Shown here piece after piece: positions 15,076 through 27,893 of a stretch of 64,000 nt of DNA. The stretch lies in NCBI RefSeq assembly GCF_022539665.2, contig NC_081333.1:2356001-2420000 (forward strand), written 5' to 3'. Source of the stretch: Daphnia carinata (Eukaryota). The notes below the pieces were generated by a model, which saw only the letters and a program-made list of their open reading frames with translations, was not told where the DNA came from and did no database searches. Both the position numbers and the translations under genes were made by a program. Positions within the stretch are counted from its first letter, which is position 1, and the number at the start of each line of letters is the position of its first letter.

Positions 15076-15819
15076 TTAGAAGAAAGCCGAGAATCGAGAC
15101 CAATCAACTTGGTGATGGAAGTTATCGAGCGTGTTGGTAATGAGTTGTGGGAATCCGAGGGCTCGCTGTCTTTCGAAAGGTTCCGACGGTATTCCATTGA
15201 ATGCACGGCGAGCTATCGGAGGAGATGCAGATGTGCTCCACACTCGATTGAGATGCAGCGCGGAAACAACCTTCTGCAAACGTTCGGCTTCCTTTATGCG
15301 GTCGTCAGAAGAATTGTCTTGTTGTGGAGGAGTTGGTGGAGATACTTCGTCATCTGAAATCGGCGATTCCTCTTGCACTTTGGGATTCTCGATTTTGGTT
15401 GAATCCCAAAATGGAATTGGCATGTCAGGATCTCCTGTTAAAGCCGGCTGCTCGTTCGGATTTTGAATTGCGGATGACTCTTCCTGTTTTCCGACAATGA
15501 AATCCTCATTTTTTTGCATGGGAAATCCATGAGAAGTCGATGCATGATCCGCTTTGATTTCAGGTTGAACGTCTTGTCTCAGACTTGTCGCATTACGCGT
15601 TAGGCGTGCGTGTACGTTGACGGTCGTTTTTGACGTAAAGCCTTTGCCACTAACCTCAACCGTCCGCCCAGCCATCGGCTTGGCGTAGCTGATTGACAGT
15701 TGAAGCAACAACAGACAAGCTACGCTGTTCTTCAACTAAAAACAGAATGACCATTCAACAACATTTAATTCCACAAAATCTGAAATGGTTTTGCTGTGAC
15801 TTACGTTGAGGATACCCAT
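15076..15819 (-). CDS. Uncharacterised secreted protein (~224 aa, 2 exons)
   Basis: Exon 15819-15805 (MGILN, GTAAGT donor) joins in frame to exon 15735-15076. Signal-peptide-like SVACLLLLQLSISYA-KP. TATA (CTATATAA, ~15903-15910) and an Inr-like TCAGT lie upstream. Acidic/Pro-rich middle. Confidence 0.75.
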
Positions 15820-17893
15820 GATGAAAATGGCAGGCCTAATTGGACACACTGTGCGATGATTTGCAAACTGAATCTGACGGAACGATGAGCGGAGCACCTG
15901 TCTTATATAGTTGGTGATGCTTCAGACGAAAACAAGTTCTTTCCATCGTTCTCTAATTTTTTTGGGTGCATCAAAACGTCTAGAAGGTATTTACCTGGCG
16001 GTGCTAACGACGACGATCATTGGCCATCGTAGAAGCATCTCGAAGAATTAAGGAAAAACCAAATTAGGGCAACGGATTTAAGTCATCCGTCAGCCTCCAG
16101 TTGTATAAAGAAATGGATTTGTAGCATAGACGAAAATTTCTACCCAGAGGATGATGTTGATTTCTCTACTTGGAGGAGAAAGATTTCAAGAGAAAACGCT
16201 CGATAAAATCACGCAGATAATCTTTGATAGTAAAAGTGAACAAGTAGGGCAAACTTACTTAGTGTGGCATCAATCCAAGAAAAGTGTCTTACTTCGGATC
16301 ACGACATGATTATCAACAAAAATTACTTTTGATAAATGGGAAACGGTCGGCCGATGAGTGAAAGCCAGAGGTTCCTTCCGTACGAATTAAGAAGAGAAAG
16401 CCTAAATCGAGAGATGTGATACAGAAGAAAACGAAACGTGATTTAGGGCAAAGGTGGGCGTTTGAAGCCTGGCTGTTTAAGGTCAAAAGCAATTTGAAAA
16501 ATATACCGTCACTCACATTCAACAAGTGTAAACTAACAAAGAACGCATTTTGCTAAAAATAGCTACCAACAACTTGGTCTGCGTGCCAGATGGAAATCCA
16601 AAGGAAAAACCTATCTGTAGATGGAGTTATGCGTGCGTAAACGGGTCCAATTTCTTTTAATACCACTCCTTTTCCAGGTGCCGGAAAGCAACTGTTCACA
16701 CCTTTATAGGTATGAAATTGAGATGTTTATCGTTCATGTTTACGTGTGAGTAAACAAACACGTATGGCCCGCTTATGGCTTCATTTTGTACTTTTATTCC
16801 TTTGCATCTGCCGGAGGACTTTCCGATATTTTTGTCGGTCGTGAATCCCTTCCTCACATCGCAATGGAATCGTCCGTTGATACTACAAAGACGAAATCTC
16901 ATCTCAGTTTTCCTTTTACCTATCCAGATTGGCTGCTGATTGGGCGGACTGAAGTAACATCGTAGTCAAAGAAGCTTGGGACTCCAGTATCACCTGGTGG
17001 TTGATGTCGTTCTGAGCAAAAATCTTCCGTGGTGTTGTAGTTCCCAATAGAAATAGCTCGTTCGTTGTTCGTCATTTGTACTGACGGGCTGAACACGGAA
17101 CTTCAGATTGGTACAGGCGCAATGAATTACTTTTGCATGAGACCCTAGCGAGAAACGAGAAACTTTTTAATTGTGTAGGGTACCAAGAACGAGTGAGATT
17201 CACGTTGCAACATACCGTCTAGTATCCACGGAAAATAAGTTGGTAGGTCGCGTTAAATCAACAATCTTGGAAAACTAAATACTCTTCAAACGGAATTCTA
17301 GGGCTCTTATTAGACGGTGGCATTCTTCTTTGTGCTGAGGGGACTAAGAACGCAGAGGATCAAGTTTCAGTCTTCTCCAATTACTGTTATTTTTCGTTTC
17401 GTCGTTTTTTCGAGTCAAAGGCAGGCCTGACTTTCTGATAATTACACATCTTCCTTGTTGGTTAATTTTTTTTTTGTATATTTTGTTGAGTTTTTCTTCT
17501 TCTCATTTCACAGGCACACCGTTTCACATACAAAACCACTCCTAGATGAAAAATGAATTTTAAAAAACATACGCGTGTCAAGGTGCGCTGCAACACGAGG
17601 GGGAGACGAAACACAGAGGAAAGAAAACTCAAAATTGCGAAGCAAGAACCATTAAGACGATTGCCAGATGACAGAAATTGTCAGAAAAACAAATTTTTTT
17701 GGTTCATATGCTTCACATTCGTTCAACCATTTTCTCAAAAAAAAAAAAGAATTTGAATTAAATTCATTTTAACTTTTCAGGACTAAAAATGTTAAAGAGT
17801 CATTTAAGACTTAGAAAAAGGGGGACAGTAAGAAAGCTTCTTCTTGTTTAGTTGCGGAGCACAGGTGAGGTAACGACTGATGGCATGACCATT

Positions 17894-19030
17894 TCAATTC
17901 ATTTCAACGTCTCCACTGAGCGACATGTAATTCTCAAGATCCTGATCCAAAGCTCCTCGGGTCTTCGACATGTACTGATCCAGCTGTTTGTCCAGGTCTT
18001 CTTTGCTGACTTTGGTAGCTCCTCCTCTACCACGGCCCCTGCCACGTCCGGACGACTGACCACGAGGTGATTTTTGCAAGTTGTCGTTCCCTCCTCGACG
18101 GTTCTGCTGGCCGTTGCCACGACGTTGTCCTCTTCCTCGTCCTCGACTACGCTGAATTTGATTCCCTCCCTGTGCAGCAACCACAGCAGTTGATTGTGCT
18201 CGACCACCTCGTCTTGCTCCTCTTGGGCCACCTCGAGTACGAGGGGATTTCTGGGCTGAGCGGTTTGGTGTGTTGACAACAGCAGCCGACTTTTTGGATG
18301 GAGTAATGATTTTTCCACGAGTGCCTCTTCTCATTTGACCACCACCCCCTCGTACTATCGTTTGGCTCATAATAGGCTTGGTTCCACGTCGACCTCGAGC
18401 GATCCTTGACGGAGTGACCGTTTGTATTTGTGTCCGAATACCTCGCTGATTTCCTCGTTGAATACCACGAACTGCTCCACGGTTAATAGTAAGTTTTCTT
18501 TGAGTTTGTGTGGCAGTTCCACGAAATCGGTTATTCGTATTTACTGTGGCACCAAGGCGCTGCTTAATGCTTTTCTGTAGAATAGTAGAAACCTTACTGA
18601 AACTATTGTTGATTACATGCAAAAAATCCAATACCTTTTTTAGTTTTAAAGCAGCACTGACTGAAGCATTTCTCCTTGCCATTTGTTGAGTTATTCTGTT
18701 ATTTCTGCTCGCTGCCTTTTGGAGATGGGTTGAAAGGTTTCTAGCTCCTTGTAACTTACCAGTTAATTTTTGGCCCCCTGCTGAGCTCCGTAATCTTGAG
18801 AATCTGTAAAAGGTAACATCGTTGAAATATCAAAAAATGAAATGCTAAACACATCTAACAGCTGTAGTTTTCATAAAAATATTCTTTCATAAAAATACAA
18901 TTTCTTGAATTACAGATGCTTCTTTTGTATTAAGGAGAACAAAACTGGTACCTCAGAAGCTAAACTGAATTTACCTTTCATGCAGGGACAACTTTGTTGT
19001 ATTATTTGGTACTCTGCCTCCGGAAGACAT
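17894..19030 (-). CDS. CHTOP: Chromatin target of PRMT1 (FOP/CHTOP), RGG-rich mRNA export factor, ~301 aa
   Basis: Exons 19030-18975, 18803-18635, 18574-17894. N-terminal TTKLSLHERF and AALKLKKKSIKQRLG motifs, RG/RGG repeats, and a C-terminal FoP duplication KEDLDKQLDQYMSKTRGALDQDLENYMS. Confidence 0.9.
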
Positions 19031-19457
19031 ATTGTGTTGGAGAGTAATCTTAGGTCCGACCAAGAATTTCGTAATTGCAGAAAATTGTTGGCTCTTATCT
19101 ATCTACAAGTTTACTCCTGAAACTAACGAAAACATTAAGCTTTTGACCGGTTGTGCTAGGAGCAAAACTTATGACGCCGTCAATTGTTTTCGACTGCTTA
19201 AGCTACGGTTGAGACATCTAGCGGCATGTTGAAATCCCAGATTACCAGAATTGCCAGTTCGATTTATGTGGTAAACATGTTTTTTATTAAGATTCTCTTG
19301 CATGTTTGTGATGTAATATACGTATAATGATACGAGTCGGAAAGCTCCCAAATGAAATAAAATTATTCGAAATCAATGTATTCATTATTAAAAATGAAAA
19401 GAAAAAAACAAAAGAAGTTATGACAGGCAGAAATGAATCCTTTTCTTGGCGTACGGA

Positions 19458-20790
19458 TTAGGCCGCAGCTACAGTAGGGGTACTGTTTCCGTTCTCTTCC
19501 GCTTTGACTGGTGGGACGGCCTTCTCAGGATTGAATGGGGTCCAGCGGGCTTCATCCAAAGTATCCCACAGGTCCTGATTGCGCTCAAACAGTTCTCTGT
19601 TGAGTTTCTCAATATCGACGGGTGTGTTGTGTTCAATAAGCTCAAACTCGTCCTCTTCCGGCTGAGCAGGCATTTGTCCACCTCCGTAGCCAGCATAGGC
19701 TTGCTGACCATCGTAGCCGTATCCACCCTGATATCCTTGATATCCCTGCCAACCGCCATACTGTTGCCAGTAAGATGGGTCGACGTACTGTCCGAAACCT
19801 GCTGCTGCAGCAGCAGCAGCTTGAGGTTGTACTGGTTGGCCACTGGCTGCGGCTTGAACGATTGACGAAGCAATTGATGCACTTAAGGTTGATGTTGCAG
19901 ACGTACTAGAAGAGGAACCTGCATGTTCAAATGACATATATTTAATGCATTTTGATAAGTATTGCAATGTCTTTATTTATACCAGGAATCATGTTGTAGT
20001 TACGAGGAATAGCCAAAGAGACTCGAAGTGGGTTACTACCGAGTCCCCTGTGTCCTTGCATATGCGTTAGAGCATCTTTATAATCAGATTCATTGGAAAA
20101 ATTAACAAAAGCATATCCGCGACTCTCTCCATTACTTCCTCTGACAACTAAAAATGATACCAAGAATTATTTAATATGTGTAGTTGTTATTAGAATGTTT
20201 TGTACCTTTGGCTAACTGAACAGAATTATATTTGGCAGAAAAGCACTTGTAGAGACCATAATCATCTACATCAGCACTTAAATCTCCAACCCATAGTGCA
20301 TGATCAGCTGTGGAGCCTTTTGTGTTTGTGCTGTGATTCAACTTGAAACGGCTAGGCTAAATATTAAATAAAATGTTATAGATTGCCGAATAAAAGGATG
20401 GCAACTTAAAGAAATTAGATTACCGGTTGACTGTATGGGATGATTTTTCCATTCAATTTGTGTAGAACTTCCATTGCTTGTTTCTCATCTCGAAACTGGC
20501 AGAACCCAAATCCGGCAGGAAGGCCAGTGTGTTTATTTCTCATGACTTTGATGGCTTCTGGTTTCTCTCCCATCAATTCGAAAGACCTCATGAGGAAATC
20601 CTCCGTCATGTATGGTTCCAACTGTGAAAGACAACAGGGTTAAGAAGATTCGTATGGACACGAGACTGATTCCACTAGCCGGGGAAAAGTCAACGTATAC
20701 AATATTTTCTTTTGTTCTACATTGTTATTGTATTAATCATTTTTGACTTACCCCACCAATCCATAGACTGCTTGCTCGTTCTAAAGCCAT
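19458..20790 (-). CDS. TRNAU1AP: tRNA selenocysteine 1-associated protein 1 (SECp43), two RRMs, ~337 aa
   Basis: Exons 20790-20752, 20621-20424, 20356-20206, 20147-19983, 19918-19458 give a continuous frame. Motifs: SLWIGGLEPYMTEDF, RNP1 GFGFCQF and RGYAFVNF, a Tyr/Gln-rich linker, and C-terminal DIEKLNRELFERNQDLWDTLDEARW. Confidence 0.92.
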
Positions 20791-22685
20791 TTCAATCCTT
20801 TATTTTCCGATTGTAAATTTTTGGTAAAACGTAAATGTTGATTGAAAATCCACCAACGCACACCAGACGAATGATACGTGAGCGCTGCTGCCAGATTGCT
20901 AGCTAAGCTACTATTGGAGAGGCGGTCGATTTTTGCCGAAATTTTAATAAAATTTCATTTGCTTCACAATCCACAAGAAAATGCCATCTTTCTCTGACTG
21001 GTGGCAGAGAAAACTGCTTAACATTCCCAATACAATCATATATGCGACCTTCAAATCCCTTTGTTTTTGCTCATGCAATCCATCACATACTGTCTAATGC
21101 CATCTAAACAAATCGGTAGCTATCTTGATTGAGTAATTTTGCAGCCCGAAAAATTGCGAAAACACAGAAGCTATAGATTTTTAACGTTATATGTATGCTA
21201 TTTATATTTAAAGTTTATGTCTTTGGTGAGTTTAGTGGCTTTGAAAAATTTTAAATTGGTTTCCCATTTGCCAATGTCTTATGCTTGTATTTGTAACTTG
21301 ACGTATTTGTGTACGTGGTATCAGCCGAATTGGTATGCGAACCCTACTGCCACTGCTTCAGGTAACATTTTTAAAGCCCTTTCGTCATACTACAGACGCG
21401 ACGTGAGATTACATTTCAGACACACTGCAGGGTCGTACGTAACTACCGCTGTTTAATTCGTTAATTTATTTATTCAATCAACCCTCACCTGCCTAGAGTG
21501 ACCTTATGCATTCCGCGTTGTTTGCTGGCTTAAAGAAAAGGAGTTATAGTACCTCTACCGCTTCTTTTCTTTAGTACGTAAACTTTTTTTATTTGCATGG
21601 GAAGGCGCTTAAACATAGACTGCAGTAAAATGCTTCTGATGAGCGAAGCTGGTCGTCCTTTTTCACTGAAAGAAGCTTTACAGCTCCAAAACAAACATAG
21701 TGAATAGAATAAAAAAGATATGCCGAGCACTATAAAACTTGTAATGAAATGGGCATCAATGAACTAAAGATGGAACCGAAATGAAAGAGTAGATTATAAA
21801 AACTAAACAATATTTTTTTTTTTTTTTTTGCTATTTTCCTGGATTCATTCACAATTCATTTTCAATCACATTTCATTCGTGTAGGCTAGTTATCTTAATT
21901 TTGCACGTCACGCCACGCCACAAAACAGTTAATTTTAGATTGCTGGGTTTTTTAATTTGCAACTGGCGAAGAAGCCTAATTTGTGCTAGCCAATCCTTAG
22001 TTCCGGGGGGCAAACCCTTTTTTTCCCATCTAATTTCCTATTCTATTACCCACACCTCGTTCCAACCATTCAGACGTCTGTTTTGAATTGATTTAGGGAG
22101 AAAAACATCAATCAACGAACTACCCTTGACCTAGTTTTATATTAAGATGTGTGATTGGTAGGAGCACGACATTCTGTCATCCAACACGTCATTAGCATAC
22201 GGACGACAACACGTAAACACTAAACAGTTATATCACGATCACGAAAACCGATCGATATCACGGATCATGGGACTAGTGTCCTCATTAACGAACATGTCCA
22301 TCTGTAGACGTCGGTTTCATTTCGCATCGCCAAATTCTTTCTTACCTTTTTTGTATTATTTAACTATATGCCTCGTCGATATTAGAACTAGCATGTGTAT
22401 TGAACATGCAACACATTTCAATTTATATTTGGGCCTTTTCATCGGTTATCTTTCCTCTAAATCTTGTTGAAATGCACAACCACAGACCATCAAACTGAAA
22501 CGAAGACGACGAAGCTTGTTTCTTTGAAAATTAACTACATTTAAAGTTGTTGGTGGCTCTTTTCGCTCATGAAATTCAGAACTAGATGGGGACTTATGCT
22601 TTTCAGGAAAACAAATAGAGTGGGTATCAAATGACCGATAAAAAATAGAGAGATCAACGGAGAGGCGGAAGCGGACGTCGTTCGG

Positions 22686-23663
22686 CTAAAATCGTTCTGG
22701 ATATGCGAGTTCTAGGAATAACCTCGACTGGAGAAAACGCAGATAAGAATCACGTTCCATCATGTGTTGTGCTCTCCTTTGACCGCGATCAAAAGTGTGC
22801 TGGTCAATAATTTTCGATTGGACGTTGTTCAATGTAGTCAGTCTCGTCTCGGCATCCAAGTTGACCTATAAAACAATAGAAAAGTAGAAGGGAAACATTC
22901 AGACAACATCTAAGCGAAGAGGGAAAATTGTGCATAGAAACGGCAAAAAGAAAAAAGGCGGTCCTCGGCAACTCACTTGTTTAGGGGCTTTATCAGCCAC
23001 AAATTCATTGTAAATCTCTGACGCTTTAACTTCCATTTCCTGTGGTTTCAAATGCTTGTACTCCTCGACCGCTCGCCAAAATTCCAAGTTCTCATTGCCG
23101 AATTCTCGTAGGAGAAAAGCGTGATAAAGGGCCGATCCATCTAGACACAAGCACAAAACGAAATAGAAACACTAATCCGCAAATGACGTCTTTACTTGTA
23201 TATACCACCAATGTCTCTATCATTTTGTATTAGTGAATTTCAACATTGCAATAGGATAAAGTTGACTAACATTTAGATGCTACGAGGACGGTAAAGGATT
23301 CGGACCATTTTTGCGCTTCCTCCGGTTGAGGTATAATTGCCTCCGCACTCGTCAATCGCATGGATCCGGATTTCAAGTTTTGAAGTCGCATTTTTGATCT
23401 ACAAATAATGCGTTAATGATAGCATTTTTAATCATACAACCAATGAACAACCAGACATACAAACATTTGAAAATTGAAACTAACCGTTCAATATGTTGCA
23501 AAAAGAAGCTTTTCCTTTCGTCGTTCAAGTTGTTGATTAGCTCACGTTGGACGTCGTAGGTTTCACGAAACAGCAGACCAGTTAAGGACCCGATGAGTAA
23601 GTGTTTGACGCTTTTATTGTCATCAAGGAAGGCTTGATAATGTCCTTGTTTGGTGAAAATCAT
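22686..23663 (-). CDS. Regulator of G-protein signalling, small R4/B-like, paralog a (~216 aa)
   Basis: Exons 23663-23485, 23398-23271, 23140-22977, 22865-22686. RGS box: [42 protein letters not shown]. Confidence 0.9.
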
Positions 23664-23897
23664 ATTCTAATTTCAAGCTAAATCAACCAAGCAAATACAC
23701 AGTGTGGAACGGGATACTCCTCTCTTTGAACGCAGATGCAAATTAGGGAAATAACGGACGAGACGGACGGCGTGAACAAATGTACTGAAGTCTGAAGATT
23801 AGACGCAGATCAGACCGTTAATAAAAGGTCTATAGTTACAGACGGCGGTGGTGGATGTGGGAATTTCGAACTCAAAGAAAACAGGGATTTTTCTCTT

Positions 23898-23907
23898 TGC
23901 GCGCGCA
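23898..23907. promoter_or_regulatory. Palindromic TGCGCGCGCA element upstream of RGS-a
   Basis: The same element lies upstream of all five RGS paralogs. Confidence 0.6.
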
Positions 23908-25510
23908 TCTTATCGTTTCGGAAATCCTCTGGTTAGATTTGGACGCATGGGTATTTGTGTATTTCACCGCAAAAACGAAAATGAAAAGTAAACCAACCGG
24001 AATGTTTAGCCAACACACAAAACTTGGGCAACTTGCTCGCAAACGTTGAATGAGGATTCACTTCGTCAACCGGTTGACCTAGTCATGCATAGGCCGACAC
24101 TCTTACGACCGGTCGGAAGATGACCCGGATGTGCATACATAACCATTCATCAAAAAATAGAACACGATCAGGACATGTATAGAAGCGTATGGTGACCTAC
24201 TTAAGTCTACACACTTTACTTACGGTGGCGGTTGACAGTATTTGACAGTATTGTCTTGTCTACTCTGCAAAGTAGAAATTGAATTAACAATTTGTGGGAT
24301 TCAAATAGAACTACATGGGTCTATTAGTTAAGAAATGAATCAGGAACATGCTTTTAAAAAGGCCTGCCAGAAATCCATTTATAGAAGGTGAACGCCCGTT
24401 CTATATTGGGGTCTTTGACGACACTTGTAACAGCCATGTGACGTTGGTAGAAATGGTTGCTGGACAGTTGTACGAGAAAACTCAGTATCGTGGAACATAA
24501 AACACTTGAATAGACTGCGAATGAACACTGTACGAGGGTCACACAAGCAGCTAATCGAAGTCGCTAGGCGACCCAATACATCCGCTAAAAAAATCGGTAC
24601 CGTGTTGTACTGTAGGCGTAAATAGTTAATGTCCTGGAACACTTTTACGAGGATGACGTTGGCTTTGATCTCATTGAACAAAAAAAAAATTTTAAGTCTG
24701 AAAGCTGGATAACAAACGACGTCTACTAAAATTCAAAATTCCATCATTTTTAAAGCAGGACAAGCTCTCCCATTTATCAAAATGGATTTCATATAAAACA
24801 CGTAGGAGATTGAACCCAGTTTGACATATTCAACGTCATGGCCAAGTTCGATAAAGCAGGTATAAAACTTCGTTTCTGTGTAACCGTTTTGCGTCACGAG
24901 ATGCGATCAGAAGTCACGTACGCTACTACACTCTCATCTCTGCAGAGTAGACTAAAAGAACGTGTTGTTCCAGCTAGCTACTACAAACGGCTGCTGGAAT
25001 GTTGAGATAGGAAGTCAAGATAAAAAGCAAAAGTTCAGCTTGGCCGTATAGAACGTGGCGTCATCGCACTGGTCAAAGACCATAAACGAAGAGCTTCTCT
25101 CACGCTTTCAACGATTCAGTTTCAATGTCGTCAGCCAATCTAAGTTAATGCGTCGCCATTGGGAAAGAGGTCGATGTAGTTCGCTGGCCTTTAAAAAGGA
25201 AGACCTGTTTGATCTCTACATAGATCGAATCATTGCATTACAGAAAAAGAGAGCGGAAGAAATCGAAGCAACATGAGCCAACGTCACGCTCCGATAATAA
25301 GAATGACGCGATAAAGCGCACAAGTTTATTTATAACGTGAAAACGTGTCGCGATGGTCACGCAAACCAAAGACACACTTTAGCAAAAACAAATGTTTCAG
25401 CAAAAAGTAAACTAAAGTGTCATTAGATGTAAGCATAAGTTCCCTACGAACGCACTGTTCTTTTCCTTATTACTTGCTCTTTTAGCATTAAAGTACCAGA
25501 CTGAACTCAT

Positions 25511-25607
25511 GGGTTCATGAGGGGCCATACCCAACGCAACTTGTTTATCCCCAACAACAGCAAATCATTCTCTGGGTCTCCTAGTACAAATCAACCCCTA
25601 TGAACCC
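25511..25607. repeat. Short imperfect inverted repeat (hairpin/MITE-like)
   Basis: GGGTTCATGAGGGG (25511-25524) versus CCCCTATGAACCC (25595-25607): 13 bp pairing with one bulge. Confidence 0.4.
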
Positions 25608-26840
25608 TCTGCATATACCAGTAAACGCAGACCATCCGTATGGAATAAAGGGCAGCAGAGTGTGCCATCAACGTTTACTTGCCATCGGGTACAAGCGGTA
25701 AATGAACTAGAAAAACGCTCCCTCATCGCGATCAAATTATTCTCAAAAAATATGAAATGCCAAGATTAACGACCTTGTCTACAAATGACGTCAAACCCTA
25801 GTGGACTTTAATGCTCTGGGCGCATCCGTTTTCATCGCAGCCATTTTTAACTCATCTGAGATAACGATACGCTGTTTGTCCTTCTTTTTCTGTCTGTCTT
25901 TATTCTCCTTAATGGATCTCACGCAACTCTCTTCTTTCTTCATGTTCTATTTCTGTCGAGCTGCGGACCAAATGAGGCAAAAAGGAAATATATTGTAGCT
26001 AATGTTAGATCACAAGTCTGTAATGCATTAGATCCATTATAAATCCAAACAATGGAGCGTTAACAAAGGTGAAAGCATAGCGAATGGCTTTCGGGTATAA
26101 ATATGGCACTCGTCTTATAGACGATTAGACTTTCAGGAGCTATCAATCCCCCTCCAAAAACATTTTGTTATACATTTCTGATTGCAACTTTCGTTTCCTC
26201 TTGGGGGACACAGCAGGTGAGATGATGATTGCGCTATTTATACACGCTTTCCATTGCTTGTTAACCATTTCGCTGACTACTGAACCCTTTCGTTTTTTGC
26301 CTGTTGACTGATAAAAATGCAGACATTAGTGTTTGTTGATTTATTTTAAAGCATTGAGTAGACATGTAATTGTAAAAATAAATTACATCGAGATCCCTTG
26401 GGTCGGGACCCGCCGACCGTGAATTTTTCCCATTTCGATACATTGGTTACATAAGAAAAAAAAACAAATACATATGTGGACTAGAACATAAAAGAAACAT
26501 ACAGCACTTGCAAACCATTTCGAGTTGTTCGATAGTCATGAAACGTCAACTCAAAATTCCTGGCAAGACAAAATAACAATATTTGAGACACACAAACGAG
26601 ACTAGTTGACGGACTGCAGAATTCAAACTTTGACACCGAAACTCGCCTCTGAAATAAATTCGTGTTCCTTTAAAAATTTTAGACTATTTAAAAAATGTTT
26701 AAACTGGCATTACACATTTGAGAAAGAGGAGAACCAAAACATGAGGAATAATATCACAGTGAGCCTATAGGTGAGTAGCTGCAAAAAATCCGTTCAAGAT
26801 TGAGTTGTTTGGTTGTCGTGTTCTATCTAGGCCCTATGAT

Positions 26841-27494
26841 TTAATTGTCGGAAACGTAGCCGGCCGATGATGGACAATGTTCCGTGTGAATGAGTTCAAG
26901 ATAGAGCGTAGACTGAAGGAAACGCAAGTAAGAATCACGTTCCATCATGTGTTGAATCCTTCTCTGGGCACGATCGAACGCGTGTACGTCCGGATTGTTA
27001 GACTGGACATTTGCCAGTGTCATGAGCCTCGTTTCAGCATCCAGATTGATCTGCCAATCACCAAACGAAAAAGGCTAGTTATGTATACAAAAGATCAGCT
27101 ATCGTGATGAGTGATGAAAGCCTTACCTCTTTGGAGGCTTGGACGGCCACAAAGTCGTTGTAAATTTGCTGGGCTTTAGTTGCCATTTTTTGCGGTTTCA
27201 AATGTTTGTACTCTTCCACGGCCAGCCAAAATTCAAGGTTCTCATTACTGAATTCACGAATTAGAAAGGCTCGATAAAGAGACGACCCATCTAGAAAAAC
27301 AACCCCGCAAAACATGTTTGATTAATCAATCAAATTAATCATAACGTGAAACACAAATAGGAGAACAACTTACATTTAGATGCCATAAGGTTGTCGAAAG
27401 ATTCTGTCCATTTTTTGGCCTCTTCCGGTTTGGGTCGAGTTGATAACGAAGCTTCCGTACTCCTCCGACGTAAAAATCCAAGGTGGATCCGCAT
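26841..27494 (-). CDS. RGS paralog b (~164 aa)
   Basis: Coding exons 27494-27374, 27290-27127, 27050-26841. MRIHLGFLRRRS N-terminus and a complete RGS box. Upstream exon has a donor at 27587 but no in-frame ATG. Confidence 0.9.
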
Positions 27495-27867
27495 TTCTAA
27501 TCTGCAAAGCAAAACAAGAACTTGAGGTACTGTTTTCTAAATAGAAAGGGAGAAACATTCCCTGCTCGGAGTGAAAGAAAAACTTACCGTTCAAAAAAGA
27601 AGCTGCCCGTTTTCACTGAGGTATGTCCCCCGGTTTGGAAATCTCAAAATGATGTGGACTCGAAAAAGAAATGAGAGAGGGAGAGAGAGAGCCGTTTTTG
27701 CTGCTGCGCTTGGCCAAGATTGAAGAGTGTCTAAGCGCTGAAGGCATCCGTTTGCACTTAAATAGAGAACTGGTAGAGTTAGAGAAAATGGGCGGGGAAA
27801 AAAGAACACGGTACTCAAACACGCCATCGGGACTATCATGTTTTTTTAATGCGCTTCGTTCGTCGTG

Positions 27868-27893
27868 TGCGCGCGCAACTTTCAGAAAATCCC
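27868..27893. promoter_or_regulatory. TGCGCGCGCA plus TTTCAGAAAATC element upstream of RGS-b
   Basis: Palindrome shared with the paralogs. The adjacent 12-mer is identical to the one in the RGS-e promoter. Confidence 0.6.
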
